Assembly: GCA_965247485.1 (NCBI GenBank)
Contig: OZ252017.1
Location: 837,664-901,663 of the forward strand
DNA: 64,000 nucleotides
Direction: 5' to 3'
From: Dehalococcoidia bacterium
GTDB lineage: Bacteria > Chloroflexota > Dehalococcoidia > DSTF01 > WHTK01
In this document: in pieces, positions 20,199-28,518 of the stretch
Layout: the number at the start of each line of letters is the position of its first letter
How positions within the stretch are numbered: the first letter of the stretch is position 1
Program-made: the position numbers and the translations under genes
Notes under the pieces: generated by a model
The model's input: only the letters and a program-made list of their open reading frames with translations
Database searches by the model: none
Told to the model about the DNA's origin: nothing

Positions 20199-20456
20199 GT
20201 GACGACCGCTGCCCATCATCCCAACTTCGTAGAACGCGACGAGATCTTGCGCCTACATCCAGGGCCGTGGAAAAAGAGCGGCGCCTGGCAGATGGCCTTC
20301 TGCCCAGTTCTAGCGCACGGCGACGGCCAGAAGCATGGCGGCAGGGGTGGCGAGTCCCTCGGGCTCTCAGACAAGGGCGTGCTCTCCTGCTTTGCTGGCT
20401 GTGCCTTTCGTGATGTCATGGCAGCGCTGCGGGCGGGTGATCAGGCGATTCGATGA
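20199..20456 (+). CDS. primase CHC2-type zinc-finger domain protein (separate small ORF preceding Toprim gene)
   Basis: CPVLAHGDGQKH...SCFAGC resembles the DnaG CHC2 zinc-binding motif; GTG start; stop overlaps next start. Confidence 0.5.
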   Translation: MTTAAHHPNFVERDEILRLHPGPWKKSGAWQMAFCPVLAHGDGQKHGGRGGESLGLSDKGVLSCFAGCAFRDVMAALRAGDQAIR

Positions 20457-22288
20457 CACCTTTGGGCGCTAAGCCGACGAACTGGTATGGCGAGACGATC
20501 TCGGGCTGGTATGGATATCAAGATGAAGCTGGCTCGGTTCGGTTTGACGTTGCGCGAACGCCCAGCAAAGAGTTTCCTGTCTATCACCCGGAAGGCACGA
20601 AATGGGCCAAGGGGTACGGCGGTCGGCGAATCCTCTACCGACTCCCCGAACTATTAGAGGCAGATCCAGCCGAGCCGGTTCTCTTATGCGAGGGCGAGAA
20701 GGACGCTGACCGGGCCCGGGCCGAAGGGTTCACCGCCACCACTACGCCAGGCGGCGCCTGGGCGGCTGATCATTGCGACCTCGGGCCGCTCGTTAATAGA
20801 ACTGTCGCGATCCTCCCAGACAACGACGAAGGGGGTGAAAACTATAGCTCTACGTTAACGGGCCTACTCGTTGGCAAGGCCGCCTCGATCAAGGTCATTG
20901 ACCTAACCGGCGTTCCGCCAAAAGGCGACGTTAGTGATTGGTTCGACGCCGGGCATGGCTCTGAGGAACTGAAGCAGTTGATCGGGCAACAAACGCCGGT
21001 AACACCCGTTTCTCCTCCGCAGCCTTCCACCTCGCAATCAACTACGTTGCTATTCCGGACGCCGCGACAAATCGCCCAACTCACACCCGAAACCCCAGAC
21101 GCGGTGGTCGCAGGCATCCTTGTAAGAGGCGCAATGACGGAAGTCAGCGCCAAAATCAAGACCGGCAAGACGACCTTCATGGGGCACTTAATCGCTGCTG
21201 TTCGCTCTGGGCACGACTTCTTAGGCTTGAAAACAAAACGCACAGCTTTTGTTGTGCTTACTGAGGAGCGAATTCAAACAATGCGAGCGGCCCTAGGGCG
21301 CGTCGGCCTTCTAGATGCGGACGATGTCCACATTCTCTCTCTGTACGACGCTGGCAAGCTCCCATGGCCCGACATAGTTGCCGAGGCGGAGAAATATGCC
21401 AAGGAGGTTGGCGCCGGCGTTATCGTCGTGGATACGCTTACTCGCTGGGCGCGCATTCCAAGCGATGATGAGAACAGCTCTGGCGCCGCGGCTGAAGCTA
21501 TTGAGCCCTTGGAGGCGGCAGCTGCTCATGGGTTCGCAATCCTTGTTATCCGTCACGACCGAAAAAGCGGAGGTGAGCTAGGAGACAGCGCTCGCGGGTC
21601 GTCAGCATTCGGTGGTGCTGCCGACATCATCCTCAACCTTCGCAGAGCGAATACCGAAGGCCATGAAAGTCGCCGGATATTACTAGGCGTCGGGCGCTTT
21701 GATGACGTTCCGTCTCAACTGACTATCGAGCTTCAAGCCGGCCGCTACGTAGTTCTTGGCGACACTGCCGCCATAGAACGTGACGAAACAAAGAGCCGAC
21801 TCCTGGACGTTTTGCCAGGTGTAAGCGGAGACCCTATTCGAGAGGATGATGTTCTTGCGCGGCTTGGCACTGAAGCAAAGAGATCAACTGTTCGGCGCGC
21901 CCTCAATGACCTGGTCGCGAATGCGTCCGTTGAACGAGTCTCCGGACTTGGGACGCGAGGCACTGCGAAAGGCTATCGCTTAGGCTCCCGTTACTCTACT
22001 GACCAGCCTATAGAGATGGACCCTGGTCAGAAGACTAACTCTCACGTTCCTGAAAGTAACGTGGATTACTTTAGTGACCAGCCCCATACCCCTGGTCAGA
22101 AACATAGTCCCCTACTCAACGGAAACTCTACTGACCAGCCCCCATTTCCTATAGGTGGTCAGTTGGGTAAGAACGACCTTTGCACAGAGCTTGGGTGTGA
22201 ACGTCCCGGTACTCACGCCAATCCAACCGATGGTGAGCTCGTTTGTCTGTATCACTTCACGCGGATGACCGCTGAGGTTGCGTCGTGA
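20453..22288 (+). CDS. Toprim-domain DNA primase fused to RecA-like (AAA_25/RepA-type) helicase domain; repeat-rich C-terminal tail
   Basis: Toprim motifs LCEGEKDADRA and ILPDNDEGG; Walker A KTGKTT, Walker B VIVVDTL; C-terminal STDQP/PGQK repeats and a Cys-rich tail. Confidence 0.8.
   Translation: MTPLGAKPTNWYGETISGWYGYQDEAGSVRFDVARTPSKEFPVYHPEGTKWAKGYGGRRILYRLPELLEADPAEPVLLCEGEKDADRARAEGFTATTTPGGAWAADHCDLGPLVNRTVAILPDNDEGGENYSSTLTGLLVGKAASIKVIDLTGVPPKGDVSDWFDAGHGSEELKQLIGQQTPVTPVSPPQPSTSQSTTLLFRTPRQIAQLTPETPDAVVAGILVRGAMTEVSAKIKTGKTTFMGHLIAAVRSGHDFLGLKTKRTAFVVLTEERIQTMRAALGRVGLLDADDVHILSLYDAGKLPWPDIVAEAEKYAKEVGAGVIVVDTLTRWARIPSDDENSSGAAAEAIEPLEAAAAHGFAILVIRHDRKSGGELGDSARGSSAFGGAADIILNLRRANTEGHESRRILLGVGRFDDVPSQLTIELQAGRYVVLGDTAAIERDETKSRLLDVLPGVSGDPIREDDVLARLGTEAKRSTVRRALNDLVANASVERVSGLGTRGTAKGYRLGSRYSTDQPIEMDPGQKTNSHVPESNVDYFSDQPHTPGQKHSPLLNGNSTDQPPFPIGGQLGKNDLCTELGCERPGTHANPTDGELVCLYHFTRMTAEVAS
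21994..22165. repeat. three imperfect copies of palindromic unit CT(A/G)(C/T)TGACCAGCC-N7-14-CCTGGTCAGAA inside the primase-helicase gene 3' end (candidate replication-origin iterons)
   Basis: CTGACCAG / CTGGTCAG inverted arms at 21998-22030, 22075-22100, 22131-22162. Confidence 0.5.
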
Positions 22289-22938
22289 ACCGCCAGGAGA
22301 GGCGCCGGGCGGGCAAAGCCGACAAGGGCCTCACAGAGAAGCTACGCGCTGAGCTACCCGGTATTCTCGGCTGGGCTGTGCGTGGGTGCCTTGAATGGCA
22401 ACGGCGTGGCCTCGAGCCGCCGGCCTCTATACAAGCAGCGACCGACGACTATCGCACTGAGAGCGATCCTTTAGCGGGCTTCCTCGCTGAGTACTGCGTT
22501 CTTGGTGACGGGCTGGCATCACCAGCCAACCCGCTGTACAAGGCCTACGCCCGGTGGGCGGCTGATCAAGGTTATCGCGACCGCGAATTGCTCACGAGCA
22601 CGGCATTTGGGCGGCTGGCGGGGAGTCGTTTCGACAGTGGCCGGAGCCGCGCCGGGAAGGTTTATTACGGCCTAGGTCTCTTAAATGCACAGCAAAGTGA
22701 TCTAAAGGTGACGGGTTTCACGTCTGACGACCCGTCACTTCCACTAAACCTTCCTATGTATTCACCTACGCGAGATTTGTTAGAAAACTCGTCACAACCC
22801 GTCACACCCGTCACAGAGGAAAACGAGCTCTGCACTCAGGCCAATTGCGACCTTCCGGGCACCCACGCCGAGCCAACTACTGGCGAACTTGTTTGCCTTG
22901 CCCACTTCCAGAAATTGGCTTCAGAGGTGACGTCGTGA
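22285..22938 (+). CDS. phage/plasmid primase P4-family C-terminal domain protein (D5/PriCT-like)
   Basis: Conserved pattern GILGWAVRGCLEWQRRGL...TDDYRTESDPLAGFLAEYC; ends with same Cys-rich tail as preceding gene. Confidence 0.6.
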   Translation: MNRQERRRAGKADKGLTEKLRAELPGILGWAVRGCLEWQRRGLEPPASIQAATDDYRTESDPLAGFLAEYCVLGDGLASPANPLYKAYARWAADQGYRDRELLTSTAFGRLAGSRFDSGRSRAGKVYYGLGLLNAQQSDLKVTGFTSDDPSLPLNLPMYSPTRDLLENSSQPVTPVTEENELCTQANCDLPGTHAEPTTGELVCLAHFQKLASEVTS

Positions 22939-23068
22939 ACCGTGAAAATCGGTGGCTCATGATGAGGGGGAAGGGGCCCTCGGATACTTCTCAGATATGG
23001 AAACGAACACCGCTACCCTACCACTCCTCGCACGCGGTCAGGTTTCAACCAAGGGGGGTTCAGCCTTA

Positions 23069-23545
23069 ATGGGTTCTCGCGGACCTTCGCCAAAGCCCAC
23101 AGCACTAAAGGCCTTGCATGGCACCGCTCGTCGCGACCGGAGCAATCCAAGCGAGCCTCAGCCGCAGGTCACCGCCGTTTCTTGTCCCGCGTTCCTAGAC
23201 TCCGCGGCGAAGGCAGAGTGGCGCCGGCTCATCCCGCACCTGGTCAAGTTGAAACTCATGAGCGATCTAGACCGGGGCCTCCTCGCTGCCTATTGCGCGG
23301 CCTGGAGTCGCTGGCGGAAGGCGGAGCTTGCGATCCAGAAGTTCGGTGAGGTCTTAGCGACGCCAAGCGGGTATATGCAGAAGAACCCTCACGTGACGAT
23401 TGCCAACGAATCAATCAGAACGCTCGAGAAACTGGCGGGGCACTTCGGTCTGTCGCCATCCACAAGGACGCGGGTTAGCGCCACACCAGAGGAGCAGGAG
23501 GACGATCCATTCGATGAATGGGAGCAGCGAAGGAGGTCGAGGTGA
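23069..23545 (+). CDS. terS: phage terminase small subunit, P27 family
   Basis: GPSPKPTALKALHGT...AKAEWRRLIPHLVKLKLMSDLDRGLLAAYCAAWSRW...NPHVTIANESIRTLEKLAGHFGLSPSTRTR matches the P27 TerS pattern; ATG 23069 preferred. Confidence 0.8.
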   Translation: MGSRGPSPKPTALKALHGTARRDRSNPSEPQPQVTAVSCPAFLDSAAKAEWRRLIPHLVKLKLMSDLDRGLLAAYCAAWSRWRKAELAIQKFGEVLATPSGYMQKNPHVTIANESIRTLEKLAGHFGLSPSTRTRVSATPEEQEDDPFDEWEQRRRSR

Positions 23546-23937
23546 TAAGGGCCATGATCGAACCGCTAACCGAAACCCCACCGCCGCCGGACTTCATCGG
23601 TAACCGAGATGCGGAGTGGGTGCGCGACTGGCACACACTCGCCGGAAAGCTCGTCGCATCGCGCACCTTGGCCGAGCTGGACCTAGTAATGCTCTGCCTG
23701 CTTATCGACGCTTGGCAGATCTACAGCCGCGGCCTTCGAGACATCGCCCGTTATCCAGAGCCAGAAGGCCTAAGGGAATCAATCGAAGAATGGCGGCTTC
23801 ACGCTCGCCAAGCCGCCAGTGAGTTTTTTCTTATACCTGAATCGCGAATCAATTTAGGAATCGTGGCCGACGCCGGCGGAGACAGCGAGTTATCGGCCCT
23901 TTTTCGAGAGAACAACGACGAATCAATCACGCAATAG
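23518..23937 (+). CDS. hypothetical protein with weak TerS-like helical pattern (second small-terminase-like/packaging-interference candidate)
   Basis: DAEWVRDWHTLAGKLVASRTLAELDLVMLCLLIDAWQIY mirrors the P27 A..EW..L...L..L.D...L...AW spacing. Confidence 0.35.
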   Translation: MGAAKEVEVIRAMIEPLTETPPPPDFIGNRDAEWVRDWHTLAGKLVASRTLAELDLVMLCLLIDAWQIYSRGLRDIARYPEPEGLRESIEEWRLHARQAASEFFLIPESRINLGIVADAGGDSELSALFRENNDESITQ

Positions 23938-24689
23938 CGGGCCGTAGGCCCGCCCAGTCAAGGGAGGAAAGACGATGGCAGCCACAGCGATTCAGGAAAT
24001 TAGCAAAAACGCGAAAGTCGACTACTGGCAGAACGATCATCCCTACGAGGTGGTTCGCATCGAGCCGTGAATTCCTGGACGAAATTGACTCATGATTATT
24101 CCTCGAGCATTTGAGGGCACATGGCTTGAGCCAGAGGAGCCTGCCTGGCGACCTGGAGACCCTTTCCCTGCGCCGTGGATACGTGAGGAATCGGAGAGAT
24201 GGTTAAGAAACTAATCAGCGAGAGCACCTCGCCAAGTTGAAGATGGTGACTGTTTTTGGTACGCCGAAAGCCCATAACTGGACAACTTACGCTCTGTTTA
24301 GAGTGAGTCTACAGCTGTGAATCGCCCGCCGCTTAGTAGCGTAGGCTTGGAAGGCAGATCGCACCGTGCGCTGTAGCAGCGTATCTAGGACCGTGAGCGA
24401 GAGCTGTCCAGTTATGGTGTGAAAGTTCTTGGGATTTTCTCCTACGCGATGCGGCGCCGTCCGGCGACCATGCTAAGAAGCCATGCAGTCAACGAAACCC
24501 TTGCCGACCCGCAGTTTGTCCGCGCCAATCCCAGGCTATCAATGCCTTAATCTCCACGGTCGGGACCTAAACTGTCCAAATTCTTACGGCCCTCGACCTG
24601 AACAGCGATGGCGCTGAGATTGACGAAGAGGACCGCCAATAGGCCACAGCAAGTCAGATTCGTGGTCGTGTATGAGGCGGGAAAGGATG

Positions 24690-24810
24690 GTTTGCCGGAA
24701 GGAGGCTCGAACCCCCAAGGCCTCGCGGGCGGCGGATTTTAAGTCCGCAGACGATAGGTTACTGACGTGTACTACCGTCCGCCCACGATGCGATTTGGTA
24801 GGCTTTCGGC
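24690..24810 (-). pseudogene. tRNA-Leu(TAA)-like remnant with ~30-nt insertion in the D-arm region (pseudo-tRNA)
   Basis: On minus strand: anticodon arm GCGGA-CTTAAAA-TCCGC, long variable arm, T-arm GGGGG-TTCGAGC-CTCCT, acceptor GCCGAAA/TTCCGGC with one mismatch; total about 120 nt, too long for an intact tRNA. Confidence 0.3.
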
Positions 24811-24981
24811 CGCCTACGTCCTGCGTCGGTTGAGGTTGTCCGTCCCGGTTGCTGTCTAATTTGCTGTCATTGCTCAATGCCGATGGCCCGCTACCGCTTG
24901 CCACCCACTTCATTCGGAGCGTCGCAAGTAGGTCGTTGTCGTTGCGACATTGCCTAGTATCAGCTGATCTCGTTCAGAAAG

Positions 24982-26034
24982 ATGCCGTACACGACAATGA
25001 TGAGAAGGCGGGGACGATACGGAGTCCCAATGCAGACGTACGGGTCGATCATCCCAGGCGGTCCAACCCTGGCTCGTCTCCTCCCAGAGGGAGCGCAGGA
25101 AGGCAGGGAGGAGCCACGACTATCACGTGAGGCGAAGGCGCGCCTCAGGGCTGTTGAGTGGCACAAGGATCACGGCGAGAAGGTGAGTCTGACGGCAAGA
25201 CGCTTTGGACGCAGCCGCTCAACCCTTTACTAGTGGCTAGAGTGCTACCGGCTCCGGGGTCCGCGGGGTCTGGAAGACCGCAGCCATAGGCCACACCAGG
25301 TCCGCAAGCCGACTTGGAGCCTAGAGTTCGAAGCAGCGGTGCTACGCCTGCGCCAAGACAATCCCGTCTGGGGCAAAGACAAGCTACAGCCGATCCTCAG
25401 ACGCGAAGGGGTCACTATCTCGGTCTCGATTGTGGGCCGCATCCTTAGCCGGCTCAGACGCCAAGGCAAACTGGGGCCTGCGAGTCTGAAGGACCCTTGC
25501 ATCGTCTCTCGGCCTCAGGTGCGGCCCTATGCCGTGCGTGAGCCCAAAGACTACGTCGTCAAGGCGCCGGGAGATCTGGTTCGGTGGACAGCGCCGACGT
25601 GCGCTGGACCGGTATTACCTGGCGCGTGATATTGTCAGCCGCTGGGACGTCTTGGGTGTCTACGGCCGCGCTACCGCCGGCACGGCGCGCGACTTCCTCG
25701 ATACGGTCATCGAGCGTATGCCGGGTCCGGTGAAGGCGATCCAGGTGGACGGTGGCTCTGAGTTCAGGGCCGAGTTTGAGGCCGCCTGTGAGCAGAAGGG
25801 GCTGCGGCTTTTTGTGCTGCCACCATGCTCCCCCAGGCTCAACGGCTGCGTGGAACGAGCCCAGCGCACCCACAAAGAGGAGTTTACCAGTTGGTTGACC
25901 CACCCGACTCGCTCAGCCAACTGAGAACCCAGCTGCTCCAACAGGAGCAGCGTTACAATACTTACCGGCCCCATCAGGCCCTTGGCCATCTAACGCCGCA
26001 AGAGTGGCTGCTAGCATTCACCGAGAGGAAGTAA
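24982..26034 (+). mobile_element. degraded IS481-family insertion sequence (transposase ORF split into at least 4 frames)
   Basis: HTH piece (24982-25233), LRLRQDNPVWGKDKLQPILRREG piece, DDE/rve core (DGGSEFRAEF...LPPCSPRLNGCVERAQRTHKEEF) and C-terminal YNTYRPHQALGHLTPQEWL piece in different frames. Confidence 0.7.
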
Positions 26035-26102
26035 GTGTCCGGCATCTACTGGACGAGTACAAGCACTTGCGCCTTCCAAACCGTCGCCCTACACTAATTG
26101 CA

Positions 26103-26129
26103 TTAGCACTCGCTTTAGCCGAGTGCTAA
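26103..26129. promoter_or_regulatory. CIRCE operator (HrcA binding site), perfect consensus TTAGCACTC-N9-GAGTGCTAA
   Basis: TTAGCACTC (26103-26111), 9-nt spacer, GAGTGCTAA (26121-26129); 40 bp upstream of groES. Confidence 0.85.
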
Positions 26130-26170
26130 ACTACGATAAAGCCTGAATTTATCCCCACGAGGAGGTCAGA

Positions 26171-26467
26171 ATAGCTTCGAGACTAATCCCTCTTGCCGAC
26201 AAGCTTGTTCTTAGGCCGATTGTCCAGGAGGAAGTCCTCTCCAGCGGAATCGTCATTCCAGACACCGCCAAAGAAAAGCCTAACCAGAGCGAAATCATCG
26301 CCGTGGGTCCAGGAAAGCGCGACGAGGACGGCAAAGTGATCATCCCGGAGGTCGTGATTGGTGACCGAGTGCTTTACGCCAAGTACACCGGCCAAGAGAT
26401 CAAGGTAGAAAATGAAGAGCTAATCGTTCTAGCGGAGAAAGATATCCTCTGCAAGGTCGAAGTCTAA
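26171..26467 (+). CDS. groES: co-chaperonin GroES (10 kDa chaperonin); apparent ATA start codon 5 nt after GGAGG
   Basis: Translation (I)ASRLIPLADKLVLRPIVQEE...GIVIPDTAKEKPNQSEIIAVGPGKRDEDGKVIIPEVVIGDRVLYAKYTGQEIKVENEELIVLAEKDILCKVEV; not in ORF track because no ATG/GTG/TTG start. Confidence 0.75.
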   Translation: MASRLIPLADKLVLRPIVQEEVLSSGIVIPDTAKEKPNQSEIIAVGPGKRDEDGKVIIPEVVIGDRVLYAKYTGQEIKVENEELIVLAEKDILCKVEV

Positions 26468-26491
26468 GTCCGCCCGCGTTAGGAGGGTCTA

Positions 26492-26551
26492 TTGGCAAAA
26501 CAAATCGTTTTTGATGAAGAGGCGCGTCGCTCACCGAAGGGTGAATCGTGA
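26492..26551 (+). pseudogene. groEL: groEL 5' remnant: 19 codons (L/M)AKQIVFDEEARRS... then unrelated sequence and stop
   Basis: AKQIVFDEEARR is the conserved GroEL N-terminus; RBS AGGAGGG upstream; TTG start; reading frame terminates at 26549-26551. Confidence 0.6.
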
Positions 26552-26769
26552 GTAATCACACAGGCCTTCAGTACGAAGGATACATTCAAGAAACAGGGTT
26601 CGGGATAAGTGAACTAGTACCGAGCGCCAACGAAACCATGGAAGACATTGTGTCGGCTTTAAAGGCTGCTGCAGAACGCCTCAAGCTTCACGTCCTTATT
26701 TGGGTGGATGAAGACAGGATTCTGCTTGCGTGTCCGCCTCCTGCCTTTGCCGGCATGCAGAGAAGTTAG
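26548..26769 (+). CDS. hypothetical small protein (73 aa), lower-GC cargo
   Basis: ORF only; non-repetitive composition. Confidence 0.25.
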   Translation: MSNHTGLQYEGYIQETGFGISELVPSANETMEDIVSALKAAAERLKLHVLIWVDEDRILLACPPPAFAGMQRS

Positions 26770-27728
26770 TAATCCTCAACGCGCCACCACACCTAAAGCC
26801 GAAAGGAGAAGAGGGCCTCCACGAGATGGCCCGCAGGATACGTTTTCGAAGCTGACGATTCGCGAGGCGTTCTGCGGACCTCTAGGAACCGGCAGGTTTT
26901 GCAACGATTTGGAAAATGAGGCTGGTTGCACTAAGACTTCGGCGCCAGACGACTTTCTTGCCTTGGCTCGATGCAGCAAGGGATGTCCGTCTCTTAATCG
27001 CTCGTTGAGAATCATCCTCGCTCAGGTCGATGGCTCCCCAATCGCCAACTTTAAGGGAACCTAAATATTCCAAGTACTCAGTGAGATCCTGGAGGTTAGT
27101 ATGCCTTCGCGTAAGATGACTAACTTCTGCATCAGACAGCTTCCTAAAATTTGGCATTGAAGTATCCCTCCAAGCTAATTCGTGGGTGCTCCACAGGAGC
27201 CCTATTGGATGCTAATCATAGGCCAAATTAGACGTCAAGCGTATACTCATTTTACTCCTGCTCTTTATTTCGACTATATTGTTATCGTAAGGGAATATGC
27301 ATTAGGCAGCAAGTGGGAAGCTCTCGCCGTGACAATGCATGATGCCCGCTCGTGGCACGAGACGCATAACGCCTAATGGCCCCTCCAGATTCCAAGTCAG
27401 GACCGAAACTGAAACAGCCGGTGGGGATCCAAGAGATCGGTCGGCGGCTGGCATTTGGGCCCCCGGGATACTTCCTAGGCTCGCTATCTGAGTGCGGGTG
27501 TTGGCCCGTAAAGAACATTCGCTAGCATCTGACCGCCACTGGTTTCTTCGAACCTCGTCAGACCGTTTGACTTGGAATCTTGAACCAACCTCTCAAACCA
27601 TCCAAGATATTGTCAGCAGAGTACGAGTCTTAGTCTTCGCTAACTGCATTCGCCAATGAGCTAAAAGAGAGATTCTTTGGTAGACTAATTCGAACCGTAT
27701 ATAGCCAATTGCAAAGACCGCTACCTAT

Positions 27729-28517
27729 TTGAGCAAGTTGAACTATATGCAGCAGACACGGAGAGTATTCGCTATGGAGCACCTTCTACCTTCTGAAGAC
27801 ACAGCCCGAGATCGACTATGTGTAGCGCTCGACTTGGCGGGAAGAGCTGACATTTCTCGGTGTATTTCAGAACTCGCAGATTTAGTCGGTTATTTTAAGG
27901 TAAATTCTGCATTTGCTCTGTACGGTCGTAGCCTGATCGAAGAAATATCCGAAGCTGGGGCCAAAGTTTTTCTCGATTTGAAACTCCATGACATTCCACA
28001 TGCTGTATCTGGATATGCAGATGCAGTCACTCGATTGGGAGTCGATTTAGTAACGGTTCACATCGCTGGCGGTACCCACATGCTTAAAGAACTTGTCAGA
28101 ACAGCAGATGACACAGCTAAAGAACTTGGAGTCAAGCGACCATTATTCATCGGTGTCACAGTCCTGACTAGTGTTGACAAGAGTATTCTCAACTCTGAGA
28201 TGAACATCAGGGGCGATGTTCGTCAGGAGGTGGCAAGAAGAGCCTTCTTAGCCGCGAAATCAGGACTCGATGGCATCGTCTGCTCTGCCGAAGACTTACA
28301 TTTCGTGAAGGGTGACCTACCCGAGGACTTCTTCTATGTAACACCGGGGATACGTGGTCTCAATGAGGAATCTCAAGACCATAAACGAGTTCTCTCCTAC
28401 GGGGAATCGGTTCAGGCAGGAGCAAGCTTGCTAGTTGTGGGCCGGGCGATCGTATCTGCTCCAGCCAGACGCGATGCGGCTTCCAAAATCCTGAGTGAAA
28501 TGACAGTGGAGGTCTGA
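27729..28517 (+). CDS. orotidine 5'-phosphate decarboxylase (PyrF type 1)-family protein, island cargo
   Basis: Hallmark motifs VALD...KVFLDLKLHDIPHAV, VTVH, VTVLTS, CSAED, VTPGIR, VVGRAI; lower GC than flanking chromosome. Confidence 0.8.
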   Translation: MSKLNYMQQTRRVFAMEHLLPSEDTARDRLCVALDLAGRADISRCISELADLVGYFKVNSAFALYGRSLIEEISEAGAKVFLDLKLHDIPHAVSGYADAVTRLGVDLVTVHIAGGTHMLKELVRTADDTAKELGVKRPLFIGVTVLTSVDKSILNSEMNIRGDVRQEVARRAFLAAKSGLDGIVCSAEDLHFVKGDLPEDFFYVTPGIRGLNEESQDHKRVLSYGESVQAGASLLVVGRAIVSAPARRDAASKILSEMTVEV

Positions 28518-28518
28518 G

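Noticed and set aside
20453-22288. Possibility that the primase-helicase is a phage large terminase or portal, which would make the element a full prophage
   Set aside because: The motifs are Toprim (EGEKD, DNDEGG) and Walker A/B of RepA-type helicases, not terminase ATPase or nuclease motifs.
24584-24913. Minus-strand ORF of 109 aa in the island core
   Set aside because: It overlaps the tRNA-like remnant, is Arg/Ser-rich, and has no homology features. The region is more likely non-coding.
26527-26551. PKG in the groEL remnant (…EEARRS-PKG-ES*) as a possible internal deletion joining to GroEL's conserved GPKGRN
   Set aside because: The following codons (GAA TCG TGA) do not continue GroEL (RNV...). 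The match is a 3-residue coincidence, and truncation or replacement is the simpler reading.
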